A stretch of 64,000 nt of DNA from Thermoplasmata archaeon (lineage in GTDB: Archaea; Thermoplasmatota; Thermoplasmata; RBG-16-68-12; JAJISG01), in contig JBHHZZ010000003.1 of assembly GCA_046758325.1 (NCBI GenBank), positions 12,381 to 76,380 of the forward strand, in the 5' to 3' direction. This document shows, in pieces, positions 45,801 through 55,240 of the stretch. A program made the translations under genes and the position numbers. The notes beneath the pieces were generated by a model. It saw nothing but the letters and a program-made list of their open reading frames with translations. It did not search any database and was not told the DNA's origin. Within the stretch, counting starts at the first letter, position 1, and each line of letters begins with the position of its first letter.

Positions 45801-46985
45801 ATGGTAGGTCCCACGAGTTTCCTTAGGGAGGAGTACGAGAGGCTGGTGAAGAGTAACCTGGATTGGAGGCTCCGGGTGCTCGAGGGGCCATCGGCACCCC
45901 ATAGCGTCGTGGATGGTAGGGAGCTCATCATGCTCTGCTCCAACAACTACCTCAACCTGAGCAACCATCCCAAGGTGAAGGAGGCAGCCAAGAAGGCGGT
46001 GGAGAGGTACGGGGCCGGCTCAGGGTCCGTCAGGGCCATTGCAGGCAACATGGACATTCACGAGGAGTTGGAGCGAAGGATAGCCGAGTTCAAGGGTTGC
46101 GAAGCCGCCCTCGTCTATTCGGCGGGATTCGCGGCCAACTCGGGCCTCATCCCCCAGCTGGTGGACAAGGGAGATGTGGTCATCAGCGACGAGCTGAACC
46201 ACGGCAGCATCATCGATGGAGTGCGCCTGACAAAGGCGGACCGCATGATCTACAAGCACTGCGACGTGGCCGATCTGAGGAGGACCCTTGAAGAGGCAAA
46301 GAGGGCGGGCTATCGCCGAATCCTCATCGCTACGGACGGCGTCTTCAGCATGGACGGTGACGTGGCCCCTGTGGACGAGATCGTGAAACTCGCGGAGGAG
46401 TTCGGCGCCGTCACCTTCGTGGACGACGCCCACGGCGAAGGTGTTCTGGGAGATGGTGGTCGCGGTATCGCCTCCCATTTCCACGTGGAGGGTCGGGTAG
46501 ACATTGAGATGGGCACCTTCTCCAAGGCCTTCGGTGTCATGGGTGGATACGTTGCCGGAAGCGAGGACCTGAGGCTGTATGCCCTGAACAAGTCTAGAAC
46601 CTGGCTGCTCTCGGCCTCACATCCGCCCGCCGTCGTCGCCGCCTGCATAGCGGCCATCGAAGTGCTGGAGACGGAGCCCGAGTGGGTCCGGAAGCTATGG
46701 GACAACACCAAGTACTTCAAGGAAGAGTTAAGGTCGATGGGCTTCGATACCGGGATAAGCGTGACGCCCATAACGCCTGTAATCGTGGGAGAGAGTGCGG
46801 TTGCCAAGAAGCTGAGTGAACGTCTCCTCGAGCTGGGCGTGTTCGCTCTGCCCATCGTGTATCCTATGGTGGCCCGCGACAGAGCCAGGATAAGGACAAT
46901 AATGAACGCTGCCCTCACGCGGGAGGACCTCGACAGCGCCCTCGGCGCCTTCGACAGGGCTGGGAAGGAGCTGGGCATCATCTGA
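45801..46985 (+). CDS. kbl: 2-amino-3-ketobutyrate CoA ligase (glycine C-acetyltransferase)
   Basis: Alpha-oxoamine synthase family (PLP-lysine region TFSKAFG). Operon context with tdh supports Kbl over BioF. Confidence 0.8.
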   Translation: MVGPTSFLREEYERLVKSNLDWRLRVLEGPSAPHSVVDGRELIMLCSNNYLNLSNHPKVKEAAKKAVERYGAGSGSVRAIAGNMDIHEELERRIAEFKGCEAALVYSAGFAANSGLIPQLVDKGDVVISDELNHGSIIDGVRLTKADRMIYKHCDVADLRRTLEEAKRAGYRRILIATDGVFSMDGDVAPVDEIVKLAEEFGAVTFVDDAHGEGVLGDGGRGIASHFHVEGRVDIEMGTFSKAFGVMGGYVAGSEDLRLYALNKSRTWLLSASHPPAVVAACIAAIEVLETEPEWVRKLWDNTKYFKEELRSMGFDTGISVTPITPVIVGESAVAKKLSERLLELGVFALPIVYPMVARDRARIRTIMNAALTREDLDSALGAFDRAGKELGII

Positions 46986-47037
46986 TTTGCGATTTGCTGT
47001 ACATCGTGTCCACTTTCGTCCACCTCCCCCCTTCGAG

Positions 47038-47046
47038 GTTATATAT
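47038..47046 (+). promoter_or_regulatory. TATA box (GTTATATAT) overlapping the first in-frame ATG of the methyltransferase ORF
   Basis: An AT-rich element immediately abutting the ORF-track start at 47049. This implies the real start codon is downstream, for example TTG 47079 or ATG 47172. Confidence 0.35.
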
Positions 47047-47048
47047 GG

Positions 47049-47792
47049 ATGTGTCCACAGGACGGCAGGAGGGATGCGTTGGCGGCCTTGGTCACCACAA
47101 CGGATATCCTAGAGAAGCTCGACCTTGAAACGACGACACTGTGGGACTTCCCTTTCCAAAGTCCCCCTAAGATGCCCTTCGGAGACGCGGCCTTCAACGG
47201 TGTCGCCCCCTCCCGCCTTGTGTGGAATCTGGTTGTTCGTTTCACCCGCAAGGGGGACTGGGTGGTCGACCCAATGGCCGGCAGCGGCACGACGCTCGAT
47301 GTGGCTCGATCCCTGGGTCGAAGGGTACTGGGTTTCGACCTCTCTCCCAGGAGGCGGGACATCCACCGGGCGGACGCCCGGGACCTACCGCTTCCAAGCG
47401 ACTTCGCCCCGCTAGTATTCCTGGACCCGCCCTACGGAGACAACCTCTGCTATTCCAACGACCCGAGGTGCCTAGGAGCCTTGACTTGTGATTCCGACGC
47501 TTTCTACGATGAGCTGTGTGGAGTGGCGTCGGAGGTCAAGAGGATTCTCCGGACCGGGGGAGTCTCCGCATGGCTGATTAGCGACCAGTACAGAGACTCT
47601 AGGTTCACACCTGTTGGGTTCTCCCTCTTCTCTCTCCTACGGAATCTGTTCGAACCCGTGGACATAATCGCAGTGTCTCGGCGTAATGATCGCAGCCTGA
47701 ACCCTCACTGGAGGCACTGGTCTAGGAGGGCAAACTTCTTTCTTCGGGGCTTCAAGTATCTGCTCATCTTCCGAAAAGGAGGGGTTCCATGA
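47049..47792 (+). CDS. DPPY-motif SAM-dependent methyltransferase (N6-adenine/N4-cytosine DNA methyltransferase or m2G RNA methylase class)
   Basis: Motif I VVDPMAGSGTTLDVARSLGRRVLGFDL, followed about 45 aa later by motif IV FLDPPYG. No cognate restriction gene adjacent. The 5' end is uncertain. Confidence 0.65.
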   Translation: MCPQDGRRDALAALVTTTDILEKLDLETTTLWDFPFQSPPKMPFGDAAFNGVAPSRLVWNLVVRFTRKGDWVVDPMAGSGTTLDVARSLGRRVLGFDLSPRRRDIHRADARDLPLPSDFAPLVFLDPPYGDNLCYSNDPRCLGALTCDSDAFYDELCGVASEVKRILRTGGVSAWLISDQYRDSRFTPVGFSLFSLLRNLFEPVDIIAVSRRNDRSLNPHWRHWSRRANFFLRGFKYLLIFRKGGVP

Positions 47793-48202
47793 GGGCTCAG
47801 ACATCCCCTTTGGAGAGAGCAGGGACCGCAGGCTGGAGGCTCTTCGAGGGCCTGCGGGACGATGTCGCGAAAGGGCTGCAAGGCACGAGTGACCGTCTCC
47901 AGGTCCACGTGATGCGTGGTTGGATCTCCTTCAAGTCCGAGAATCTCAAGAGGGTCTTCGCCGAGGTGAGGCCTCATCGGCGCGACGTAGAGGTTTTCAT
48001 CCTGCCTCCTCCGGAGTTCTTGGAGCGAACAAACGGTCTCGCCAGGTCCTCTCCGCCCACCCAGGGGTGGGGTTGGTTTCGGTCCAAGTTCCGCCTTGTC
48101 CGACTGGAGGACGTGAAGTCAGCAAAGGACCTCCTGATGCAGTCATACCAGTATCGGAAGGAGATGAGCCGAAGGAAAAGGAGGGGGAATCGGAAGGACT
48201 GA
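47789..48202 (+). CDS. Basic hypothetical protein, DUF5655-like
   Basis: Start overlaps the methyltransferase stop (ATGA). The core GWISFKSENLKRVFAEVRPHRRDVEVFIL resembles DUF5655-type domains. The C-terminus is Arg/Lys-rich. Confidence 0.4.
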   Translation: MRAQTSPLERAGTAGWRLFEGLRDDVAKGLQGTSDRLQVHVMRGWISFKSENLKRVFAEVRPHRRDVEVFILPPPEFLERTNGLARSSPPTQGWGWFRSKFRLVRLEDVKSAKDLLMQSYQYRKEMSRRKRRGNRKD

Positions 48203-48247
48203 GAGAAACCGGGTATGGTCGTGGTCCCTAAGAAGAGAGGGAAACCC

Positions 48248-48255
48248 CATAAATA
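48248..48255 (+). promoter_or_regulatory. TATA box (CATAAATA) of purS
   Basis: Lies 23 bp upstream of the purS ATG at 48278, implying a leaderless transcript. Confidence 0.4.
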
Positions 48256-48277
48256 CTAACGAGCGGTGGGGTACCTC

Positions 48278-48541
48278 ATGGTCACTGCGAGGGTGGAGGT
48301 CCGCCTCAAGAAGGGTGTGGCGGATCCAGAGGGAGAGAACACCCTCAAGGCCCTCAACTTGCTGGGCTTCAACGAGGTCCAAGGTGTGAGGTCCATCAAG
48401 GTGTTCGAGCTGGACCTTGAGACCGAGGATGAAGGGAAGGCCCGAGAGATGCTGGAGAACATGTGCAGACGGCTCTTGGCGAACCCCGTGATTCACGACT
48501 ACTCTATCCATCTCCTTCAGCAGAGAACAGCTGGACCATAG
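48278..48541 (+). CDS. purS: Phosphoribosylformylglycinamidine synthase subunit PurS
   Basis: About 87 aa ferredoxin-like fold (MVTARVEVRLKKGVADPEGENTLKALNLLGF...), typical of PurS. Confidence 0.8.
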   Translation: MVTARVEVRLKKGVADPEGENTLKALNLLGFNEVQGVRSIKVFELDLETEDEGKAREMLENMCRRLLANPVIHDYSIHLLQQRTAGP

Positions 48542-48787
48542 CGGCATTGGAGCGGCCCCCCTCACCAGTCCTAAGAAAGTTGACTCCACCACTAGGACGG
48601 CCGGAGATCTGCACCCTTTCTCCTTCTCTTTTCTTCAATCCTGATTACCTTGAGGCCACATGCCTCCCGAGGAGAACCAGAATCCTCAAGCGAAAGCCAC
48701 CAAGAGTCCCGGGCAATAGGCTCTCGACATGACCATAGAGGTCCGGAGGGACCCAAGGACTTAACTGTGCAACGAGACGTGCTCCGC

Positions 48788-49294
48788 ATGAACGTGTCTG
48801 ATTTCTCTCAGCTCTTCGCGTATATGGCGGCGTCCCGTCGACAGTTTCTCACCAAGTTCCGAGAGCTGGGGTGGGATGAGGTCACTGAGAACCGAGAAGC
48901 CACCCACCATTCTATGCGCAATATCCTCATTCACATGCTGGACGTGGAGGATTCCTACCTGCAGGAGGTCGTTCTGGGGAACGATATGACGGAATTGGAC
49001 CCTGAGAGCTTCAAGAGCTTCGATGAGACGGAGGTTTACAACAGTGAGGTTACCGAGAGGACGCGGGAATTCTTCGCCACACTATCTCCGGAAGACCTCG
49101 AAAGGAAGGTCTCTGTTCCCTGGTGGAAGGGGAAGGCGAAGTTCCGCGTGGAGCCCATCCTGCTCCACGCTTTCCTAGACGAGATGGCCCACCTGGGGGA
49201 GTTGATCTGCCTGATGTGGCAGATAGGCGTGGAGCCGCCCTTTCGGAGCATGGTGAGGAGCTGGACGAACACCCGCCCTGCACCCTCAGAATGA
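48788..49294 (+). CDS. DinB/YfiT-like (DinB_2) four-helix-bundle metalloprotein
   Basis: His motifs spaced as in DinB_2 (HHSMRNILIHMLDVEDSY...HAFLDEMAHLGE). Start chosen at ATG 48788. Confidence 0.55.
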   Translation: MNVSDFSQLFAYMAASRRQFLTKFRELGWDEVTENREATHHSMRNILIHMLDVEDSYLQEVVLGNDMTELDPESFKSFDETEVYNSEVTERTREFFATLSPEDLERKVSVPWWKGKAKFRVEPILLHAFLDEMAHLGELICLMWQIGVEPPFRSMVRSWTNTRPAPSE

Positions 49295-49570
49295 AAGCTA
49301 CTCCCGCCTCCCGATGCCTAAGGGAGTGCATGTGTCAGGACATTACTTGGGCGGTCCGTTAGGGAGCCACGGCCAACTTTCAAGCCTAACACTGATTGGT
49401 CATGCCGCTAGACCGGCCACGAAGAATCAGTGTGTCAAAGAACTCCTAAGGTTAATTAGGGAGCCCCATTATTGAACTGAGGCATAGGTTTGGCAGAGGT
49501 ATATCGGAAGAAAGAAGTCCCCTTTCCGCTCTACACGGTCGACATTTTGGAAGCTTCTGAGAACGACTTG

Positions 49571-51823
49571 ATGAGGATCAGTAAGGACCTAGGCCTGGCC
49601 CTCAACCTGGAGGAGATGAAGAGGATTCAGGAGTACTTCAGGGGAGTGGGTCGGAAGCCGACGGATGTCGAGCTCCAATCCCTCGGCCAGGCCTGGTCCG
49701 AGCATTGCTGCTACAAGTCCTCCAAGTTCTTCCTTCGGGAGTTTGTCTTCGGCATAGAGGCATCTCAGGTCCTGCTGAAAGGTGACGCGGGCGTGGTGGA
49801 GTTCGACGAGGACCACGCCTATGCCCTCAGGATTGAGAGCCACAATCACCCCAGCGCCATAGAGCCCTACGGTGGTGCTGCCACTGGAATCGGCGGCATC
49901 CTCCGGGATGTCCTCTGCATGGGGGCCAAGCCCATTGCCCTCGTGGACCCCCTCCATTTCGGTCCCCTGGACTACCCCTATGAGAAGCTGTCCAGAGGCG
50001 TGAAGCATCCGTTGTATCTGACGCAAGGAGTGGTGGCTGGCATCCGAGACTACGGCAACAGGGTGGGGGTGCCCACCGTAGCCGGGTCCATCTACTTCAA
50101 CGAGGGCTACCTGGGGAACATCATCGTAAACGTGGGCTGCGTGGGTATTGCTCGCAAGGAACGCATACTCAAAAACGCCGTGAAGAGTCCTCAGGATGTC
50201 TTCATCCTGGCGGGAGGCAGAACGGGTAGGGATGGCATCCACGGTGTGACCTTTGCCTCTCTGGAGCTGACGGATGAGATGTGGGAGGAGTGGAGGGCCG
50301 GCGCCGTCCAGCTGGGAGACCCCATCATGAAGGAGCCCCTGATGCACGCCTGCCTGGAGGCGGCCGGAAAGGACCTCGTTGATGGCATGAAGGACCTGGG
50401 TGGTGGGGGCCTGAGCTGCGTCGTCGGAGAGATGGCCCTCGCCGGAGGCTACGGGGCTGAGGTGTACCTGGACAGGGTCCCTCTCAAGGAGGAGGAACTC
50501 TCGCCCTGGGAGGTCTGGGTGAGCGAGTCCCAGGAACGGATGATGCTAGCGGTCCCCGAGGAGAAGGTGGAAGATGTTCTCAGCATCTTCGAGCTCTACG
50601 ACGTGCCTGCGACGCCCATAGGCCGGGTCATTGAGGACAAGGTGGCCCGAGTCCTCTACAAGGGTCACAAGGTCCTGGAAATGGATCTGGAGTTCTACAC
50701 CAGGGGTCCAGAGTACTGCAGACCCTTCCTCACCGATCTGGAAATGGAGAAGGTGAAGGAGGTGGCGCCTCGCGAGCCTGGGGACTACGGGAAGGTGATC
50801 CTACAGCTCCTGGGAAGCCCCAACATCGCCAGCAAGGAGCTGGTCATCCGTCAATACGATCATGAGGTCAAGGCCTCCACGGTCATCAAACCCCTCCAGG
50901 GGGTCCTGGGCAAGCAATGTCACGGAGATGCAGCCGTCCTCAAACCCCTTGAGGACTCTTGGAGAGGCCTGGCCATCGCAACCGCCTCCACACCACAGTT
51001 TGCCAGACTCCATCCCTTCAGGGGCGGCGCCTCCGCGGTGGATGAGGTATGTAGGAACCTGGTGTCCGTCGGCGCGAGACCCCACGCCCTCAGCGATTGC
51101 CTGAGCTTTGGAAACCCTGAGAGACCCGACCGTCTGGGCTACTTCCGAGAAGCTGTGAGGGGCCTCGGGCATGTGGCATCGGCCATGAAGCTTCCAATCC
51201 CTTCCGGAAATGTGAGCTTCTACAACGAGACCCCGGTATCGCCCGTACCGCCTACGCCAGTACTCCTCGGCACTGGCATCGTTCCAGACATCAGGCATTG
51301 CGTCACTTCCGACCTGAAGGCTGAAGGCTCAAGCCTCTACCTCCTGGGGAGGACCAAGGCCGAGTTGGGAGGAAGTGAGTACTACAGGTTGACGGGCGGC
51401 CAAGGAGGCCAGGTGCCGGATGTGGACGTAGACTTGCTCAAGGCCTCCGTCGAAGGACTCCTGAAGGCCATGGAGAGTGGTCTGGTGCTGGCAAGTCATG
51501 ACCTCTCGCATGGTGGTCTGGCCGTTGCCCTGGCAGAGATGTGCATGGGCGGGGATCTGGGGGTAGAGGCGGAGATCGCTCCCGGGGCCCTCAGGCCAGA
51601 TATCTTTCTCTTCTCGGAGTCCAACACGAGATGGCTCCTGGAGGTGGATACGGCGAAGGAGGACAGTCTGCTGGAGGTCCTCCAGGGGCTTCCCCTGGCG
51701 CATATAGGCCAGGTCAGAGGGTCGGAGCTGAGGCTGAAGGTCGGCAGCAAAACCCTCAGCCTGAGCGTAGAGGGAATGAGGTCCGCCTGGTCTTCGGCCT
51801 TGCCCCGGCTGGTAGGTGGTTGA
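49571..51823 (+). CDS. purL: Phosphoribosylformylglycinamidine synthase II
   Basis: AIR-synthase-related domains in tandem (WSEHCCYKSS..., HNHPSAIEPYGGAATGIGGILRD). The N-terminus may instead begin at 49490. Confidence 0.9.
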   Translation: MRISKDLGLALNLEEMKRIQEYFRGVGRKPTDVELQSLGQAWSEHCCYKSSKFFLREFVFGIEASQVLLKGDAGVVEFDEDHAYALRIESHNHPSAIEPYGGAATGIGGILRDVLCMGAKPIALVDPLHFGPLDYPYEKLSRGVKHPLYLTQGVVAGIRDYGNRVGVPTVAGSIYFNEGYLGNIIVNVGCVGIARKERILKNAVKSPQDVFILAGGRTGRDGIHGVTFASLELTDEMWEEWRAGAVQLGDPIMKEPLMHACLEAAGKDLVDGMKDLGGGGLSCVVGEMALAGGYGAEVYLDRVPLKEEELSPWEVWVSESQERMMLAVPEEKVEDVLSIFELYDVPATPIGRVIEDKVARVLYKGHKVLEMDLEFYTRGPEYCRPFLTDLEMEKVKEVAPREPGDYGKVILQLLGSPNIASKELVIRQYDHEVKASTVIKPLQGVLGKQCHGDAAVLKPLEDSWRGLAIATASTPQFARLHPFRGGASAVDEVCRNLVSVGARPHALSDCLSFGNPERPDRLGYFREAVRGLGHVASAMKLPIPSGNVSFYNETPVSPVPPTPVLLGTGIVPDIRHCVTSDLKAEGSSLYLLGRTKAELGGSEYYRLTGGQGGQVPDVDVDLLKASVEGLLKAMESGLVLASHDLSHGGLAVALAEMCMGGDLGVEAEIAPGALRPDIFLFSESNTRWLLEVDTAKEDSLLEVLQGLPLAHIGQVRGSELRLKVGSKTLSLSVEGMRSAWSSALPRLVGG

Positions 51824-51843
51824 GATGATGGGAGGGTTGTAAC

Positions 51844-52671
51844 GTGAAGAGGGAGGACATAGGGGTGTGCATCCTTCTGATCGAGGGTACCAACTGCGAG
51901 GACGAGACCTTCCATGCCTTCGAGGCCCTGGGTGCCCGACCGGAGAGAGTACACCTGAACCAACTGGTGAGGGATGTTCCCCGGGAGATGAGGAGGAGCC
52001 TGGAGGACTACGGTGTCCTGGTCTTCCCAGGGGGCTTCTCCTCCGGGGACTACGTCAGAGCCGGCGCCATCTGGGCAGCCAGGGTGAAGAGCCGCCTCAT
52101 GCGGGATCTCGTGAGATTCATAGACGAGGGGAAGCTAGTCGTCGGCATATGCAACGGCTACCAGGTGCTGGTGGAGCTGGGCCTCCTCCCTGCTATCGGA
52201 GATGTCAGCGACGTCCCCCAGGCGGCCCTGGCGACCAACGACTCCGCCCGATACGAATGTAGGCCCTCGCTCCTCAGGTTTGAGAACGGCGGCCTATGTA
52301 GCCCCTTGAAAGGCTTCCAGAGGGGACAGGTGATGTTGGCCCCATCAGCCCATACCGAGGGGAAGCTCACATTTCCCAAGGGAGAGGAGAAGAGAATGGT
52401 GGAGGCCCTCCTGGACGGGGACCAGGTGCTCTTCCGATACGTGGACGCTGAGGGGAGGTACGCAGGATATCCGTGGAATCCCAATGGGAGCATCTATAAC
52501 ATCGCGGGCATATGCGACCCCCACGGGAACGTCCTGGGACTGATGCCCCATCCCGAGAGGTCCTTTCATCGATACTTGCATCCGGACTGGACCCGCGGCG
52601 GCAATGGCCTCCACGGAGATGGGAGGCTCTTCTTCGAGTCACTACTGGACCACGCCACTAAGACTTCCTAG
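51844..52671 (+). CDS. purQ: Phosphoribosylformylglycinamidine synthase I (glutaminase subunit)
   Basis: Class I glutamine amidotransferase with catalytic GICNGYQ and C-terminal HPE(R). Confidence 0.85.
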   Translation: MKREDIGVCILLIEGTNCEDETFHAFEALGARPERVHLNQLVRDVPREMRRSLEDYGVLVFPGGFSSGDYVRAGAIWAARVKSRLMRDLVRFIDEGKLVVGICNGYQVLVELGLLPAIGDVSDVPQAALATNDSARYECRPSLLRFENGGLCSPLKGFQRGQVMLAPSAHTEGKLTFPKGEEKRMVEALLDGDQVLFRYVDAEGRYAGYPWNPNGSIYNIAGICDPHGNVLGLMPHPERSFHRYLHPDWTRGGNGLHGDGRLFFESLLDHATKTS

Positions 52672-52672
52672 C

Positions 52673-54487
52673 TCATACCTGGTCGCTGTAGCCACATCGA
52701 ACGCACACGAAGCTCCCCTCCGCAGTACCGAGGACGGCCCCGCAGTCGGGGCAGACGTCCTTCGACTTGCTCCCCTGCAGGCTCAGGGGCTGCTCCCTCT
52801 TGCTGCCCTCCCTGTAGACGGTTATGCCCTTGCATCGTAGCTTCCAGGCCAGCATGAAGGCGGTCTCTACGTCCTCCACGGTGGCGTTCCGGCGGAGATT
52901 TATCGTCTTGGACACGGCGTTGTCTACGTGCTCCTGAAAGGTCGCCTGGACCTTCACGTGCCACTCGGGTGTGACATCGTGGGAGGTGACGAAGATTCTC
53001 CTGGCATGGGGAGGTACCTCCTTCAGGTCCCGGATGGAGTGCCTCCTGGACACCTTCTCCATCAGCGTCTTGGAGAAGAAACCCTCCTCCTCCGCATACC
53101 TGAGAAAGTGGGGGTTGACCGCCTGGAGGGTCTCCCCGTCCTCCACCTTCTTGATGTAGGTGATGGCGTAGAGGGGCTCGATGCCGCTGGAACAGTCCGC
53201 CAGCAGGCTGATGGTCCCCGTGGGGGCGATGGTCGTCCTCGTGGCGTTCCTCATCGGCGCCTTGTAAATGCTCTTGTCTATGTTGGGGAAGGAGCCTCGT
53301 GCCTCTCCTATCTTCCTGGACTCGTCGTCAGCCGTCTTCCTGATGAAGGACATCAACTTCTGGGCCAGATCCAGCGCTTCCTGGGAATCGTAAGGAATGC
53401 GCAGCTGGATGAGGGCATCGGCCCAGCCCATGATGCCCAAACCGATCTTGCGGTTGCCCCTCACCATCTCGCTGATCTCCTCCATGGGGAATCTGCTCAT
53501 GTCGATGACGTTGTCCAGGAAGCGGACCGCCTCGCGGACGACATCCTCCAGCCTATTCCAGTCCACCTCCCGCTGGCCCGAGGGACCCGTGAGCATCTTC
53601 GCCACGTCTATGGATCCGAGGTTGCAGGCCTCGTATGGCAGGAGGGGTTGCTCCCCGCAGGGATTGGTGGCCTCGATGCGTCCCAGGCCGGGCGTGGGAT
53701 TCCCCTCCTCTATGCTGTCCAAGAATATGACGCCCGGGTCCCCCGTGAGCCAGGCCATCTCCGCCATGAGCTTGAAGATTCTTCGCGCGTCCTTCTTACC
53801 GATGACCTCCCCCTTCCTGGCATGGATGATGTCGTACTTCCCCCCGACATCAACCTTCCTCATGAAGCTGTCAGTGACGGCCACGGAGAGGTTGAAGTTG
53901 GAGAAGCGGCCCTCCATCCGCTTACAGGTGATGAACTCCTCTATGTCGGGATGGTCCACCCGCAGGATGCCCATGTTGGCGCCGCGTCTCCTCCCACCCT
54001 GCTTTATGGCCTCGGTGCTGTGATCGAAGACCCTCATGAAGGAGACGGGGCCGCTGGCGACGCCACCAGTGGACTTGACGATGTCCCCCTTTGGCCTCAG
54101 GCGGGAGAAGGAGAAGCCCGTGCCGCCACCGCTCTGGTGGATGAGGGCAGCGGCCTTCAGGGCGCTGTAGATGCTGTCAATGGAGTCCTCCACCGGGAGG
54201 ACGAAGCAGGCAGACAGCTGCTGGATCTCCGTCCCCGCGTTCATGAGGGTGGGGCTGTTGGGAAGGAATTCCAGTCGGGCCATCATGTCGAAGAACTCCT
54301 TCTCTTCGCTGGAGACGGTCCTTCCGTCGTCGTATAGCTCGTTGGCCAGGGCTATGTTGTGGGCCACGCGCTGGAACATCTCCTTCGGCGTCTCCACGAT
54401 TCTGCCCGCTATGTCCTTCCTGAGGTAACGCTTCCTGGCCACCGTCAGGGCATTGTTGCTCAGCACCACCTCTGCCAGCATTTCCAC
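52673..54487 (-). CDS. Adenosylcobalamin-dependent (class II) ribonucleoside reductase
   Basis: RNR catalytic motif NPCGEQPLLPYEACNLGSID, a 604 aa monomeric class II architecture, and a C-terminal zinc ribbon (CPDCG...CVRCG). Confidence 0.85.
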   Translation of the reverse strand: MEMLAEVVLSNNALTVARKRYLRKDIAGRIVETPKEMFQRVAHNIALANELYDDGRTVSSEEKEFFDMMARLEFLPNSPTLMNAGTEIQQLSACFVLPVEDSIDSIYSALKAAALIHQSGGGTGFSFSRLRPKGDIVKSTGGVASGPVSFMRVFDHSTEAIKQGGRRRGANMGILRVDHPDIEEFITCKRMEGRFSNFNLSVAVTDSFMRKVDVGGKYDIIHARKGEVIGKKDARRIFKLMAEMAWLTGDPGVIFLDSIEEGNPTPGLGRIEATNPCGEQPLLPYEACNLGSIDVAKMLTGPSGQREVDWNRLEDVVREAVRFLDNVIDMSRFPMEEISEMVRGNRKIGLGIMGWADALIQLRIPYDSQEALDLAQKLMSFIRKTADDESRKIGEARGSFPNIDKSIYKAPMRNATRTTIAPTGTISLLADCSSGIEPLYAITYIKKVEDGETLQAVNPHFLRYAEEEGFFSKTLMEKVSRRHSIRDLKEVPPHARRIFVTSHDVTPEWHVKVQATFQEHVDNAVSKTINLRRNATVEDVETAFMLAWKLRCKGITVYREGSKREQPLSLQGSKSKDVCPDCGAVLGTAEGSFVCVRCGYSDQV

Positions 54488-54550
54488 ACTCCATATGGTT
54501 GCTTTTTCATAATAATATTCCTAGGGGTCTGCTTCCCGCCTACGATGGCC

Positions 54551-55207
54551 CTAGAGGTTGACGAGGACCTCGACAGGTTCCCCGTCACCAAGGCCCAGTT
54601 TGCGGCGAAGCCGATGCTGGGATATGACCTCGAGGACATCATCGTAGTGGGACCGGAACGGCAGGATGACGGCACAGTCCACCTTGGCAATGGAGGCGAA
54701 GAAGCACTTGGCTCCACCGAAGGTCCTCCTGCCGCTGGTAAAGCCCTCTATCCGGATTCCCTCCGCCCCCCTCAGAACGTCGAGTTTCGTGATTTCCCTC
54801 CCGTCCAGCTTGAGGTTGAGGGTTCCCGGGTAAGGCTCGAAGCCCAGTTTGGCCCGGAACTGCTCCCGATACCCCTCCTGGCTCATGTAGTAGAAGCCCT
54901 CTCCAAGTCCCCGGTCTACTCGACCTCTCACCTTCAGCAGCCCCTCCATCTCGAAGATCTTCTGGTAGGCGGCGTACTCGCTCCTGAGGATCTCCATGGC
55001 CTTATCTGTGAGCTTCATCTGCTGCCGCCGAGCCCCGAGGTTTCTCGTGATGAGACCGGCCTCCAAAAGCTCCAACACACGAACAGAGGCCGACTGCTGG
55101 CTGATGCCCATGAGCCTTCCCAACTGGGATGTGGAAACGGGGACATGCTCGTGTATGGCCCCCAGGAGGGCGAGCTGCTTGAGTGTCTCCACCAGGTTCG
55201 GCTTCAA
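54551..55207 (-). CDS. ribK: RbkR-type fusion: N-terminal wHTH plus CTP-dependent archaeal riboflavin kinase
   Basis: N-terminal HTH (STSQLGRLMGISQQSASVRVLELLEAGLI) fused to the MJ0056-family kinase core (PYPGTLNLKL...GAKCF). Confidence 0.7.
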   Translation of the reverse strand: MKPNLVETLKQLALLGAIHEHVPVSTSQLGRLMGISQQSASVRVLELLEAGLITRNLGARRQQMKLTDKAMEILRSEYAAYQKIFEMEGLLKVRGRVDRGLGEGFYYMSQEGYREQFRAKLGFEPYPGTLNLKLDGREITKLDVLRGAEGIRIEGFTSGRRTFGGAKCFFASIAKVDCAVILPFRSHYDDVLEVISQHRLRRKLGLGDGEPVEVLVNL

Positions 55208-55240
55208 CGATGAGGGATAGCCCTGTAAGGTGTAAAACCT

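Noticed and set aside
52928-54337. 469-aa antisense ORF across the class II RNR gene
   Set aside because: It is antisense to a strongly supported gene, which makes it a GC-rich frame artefact.
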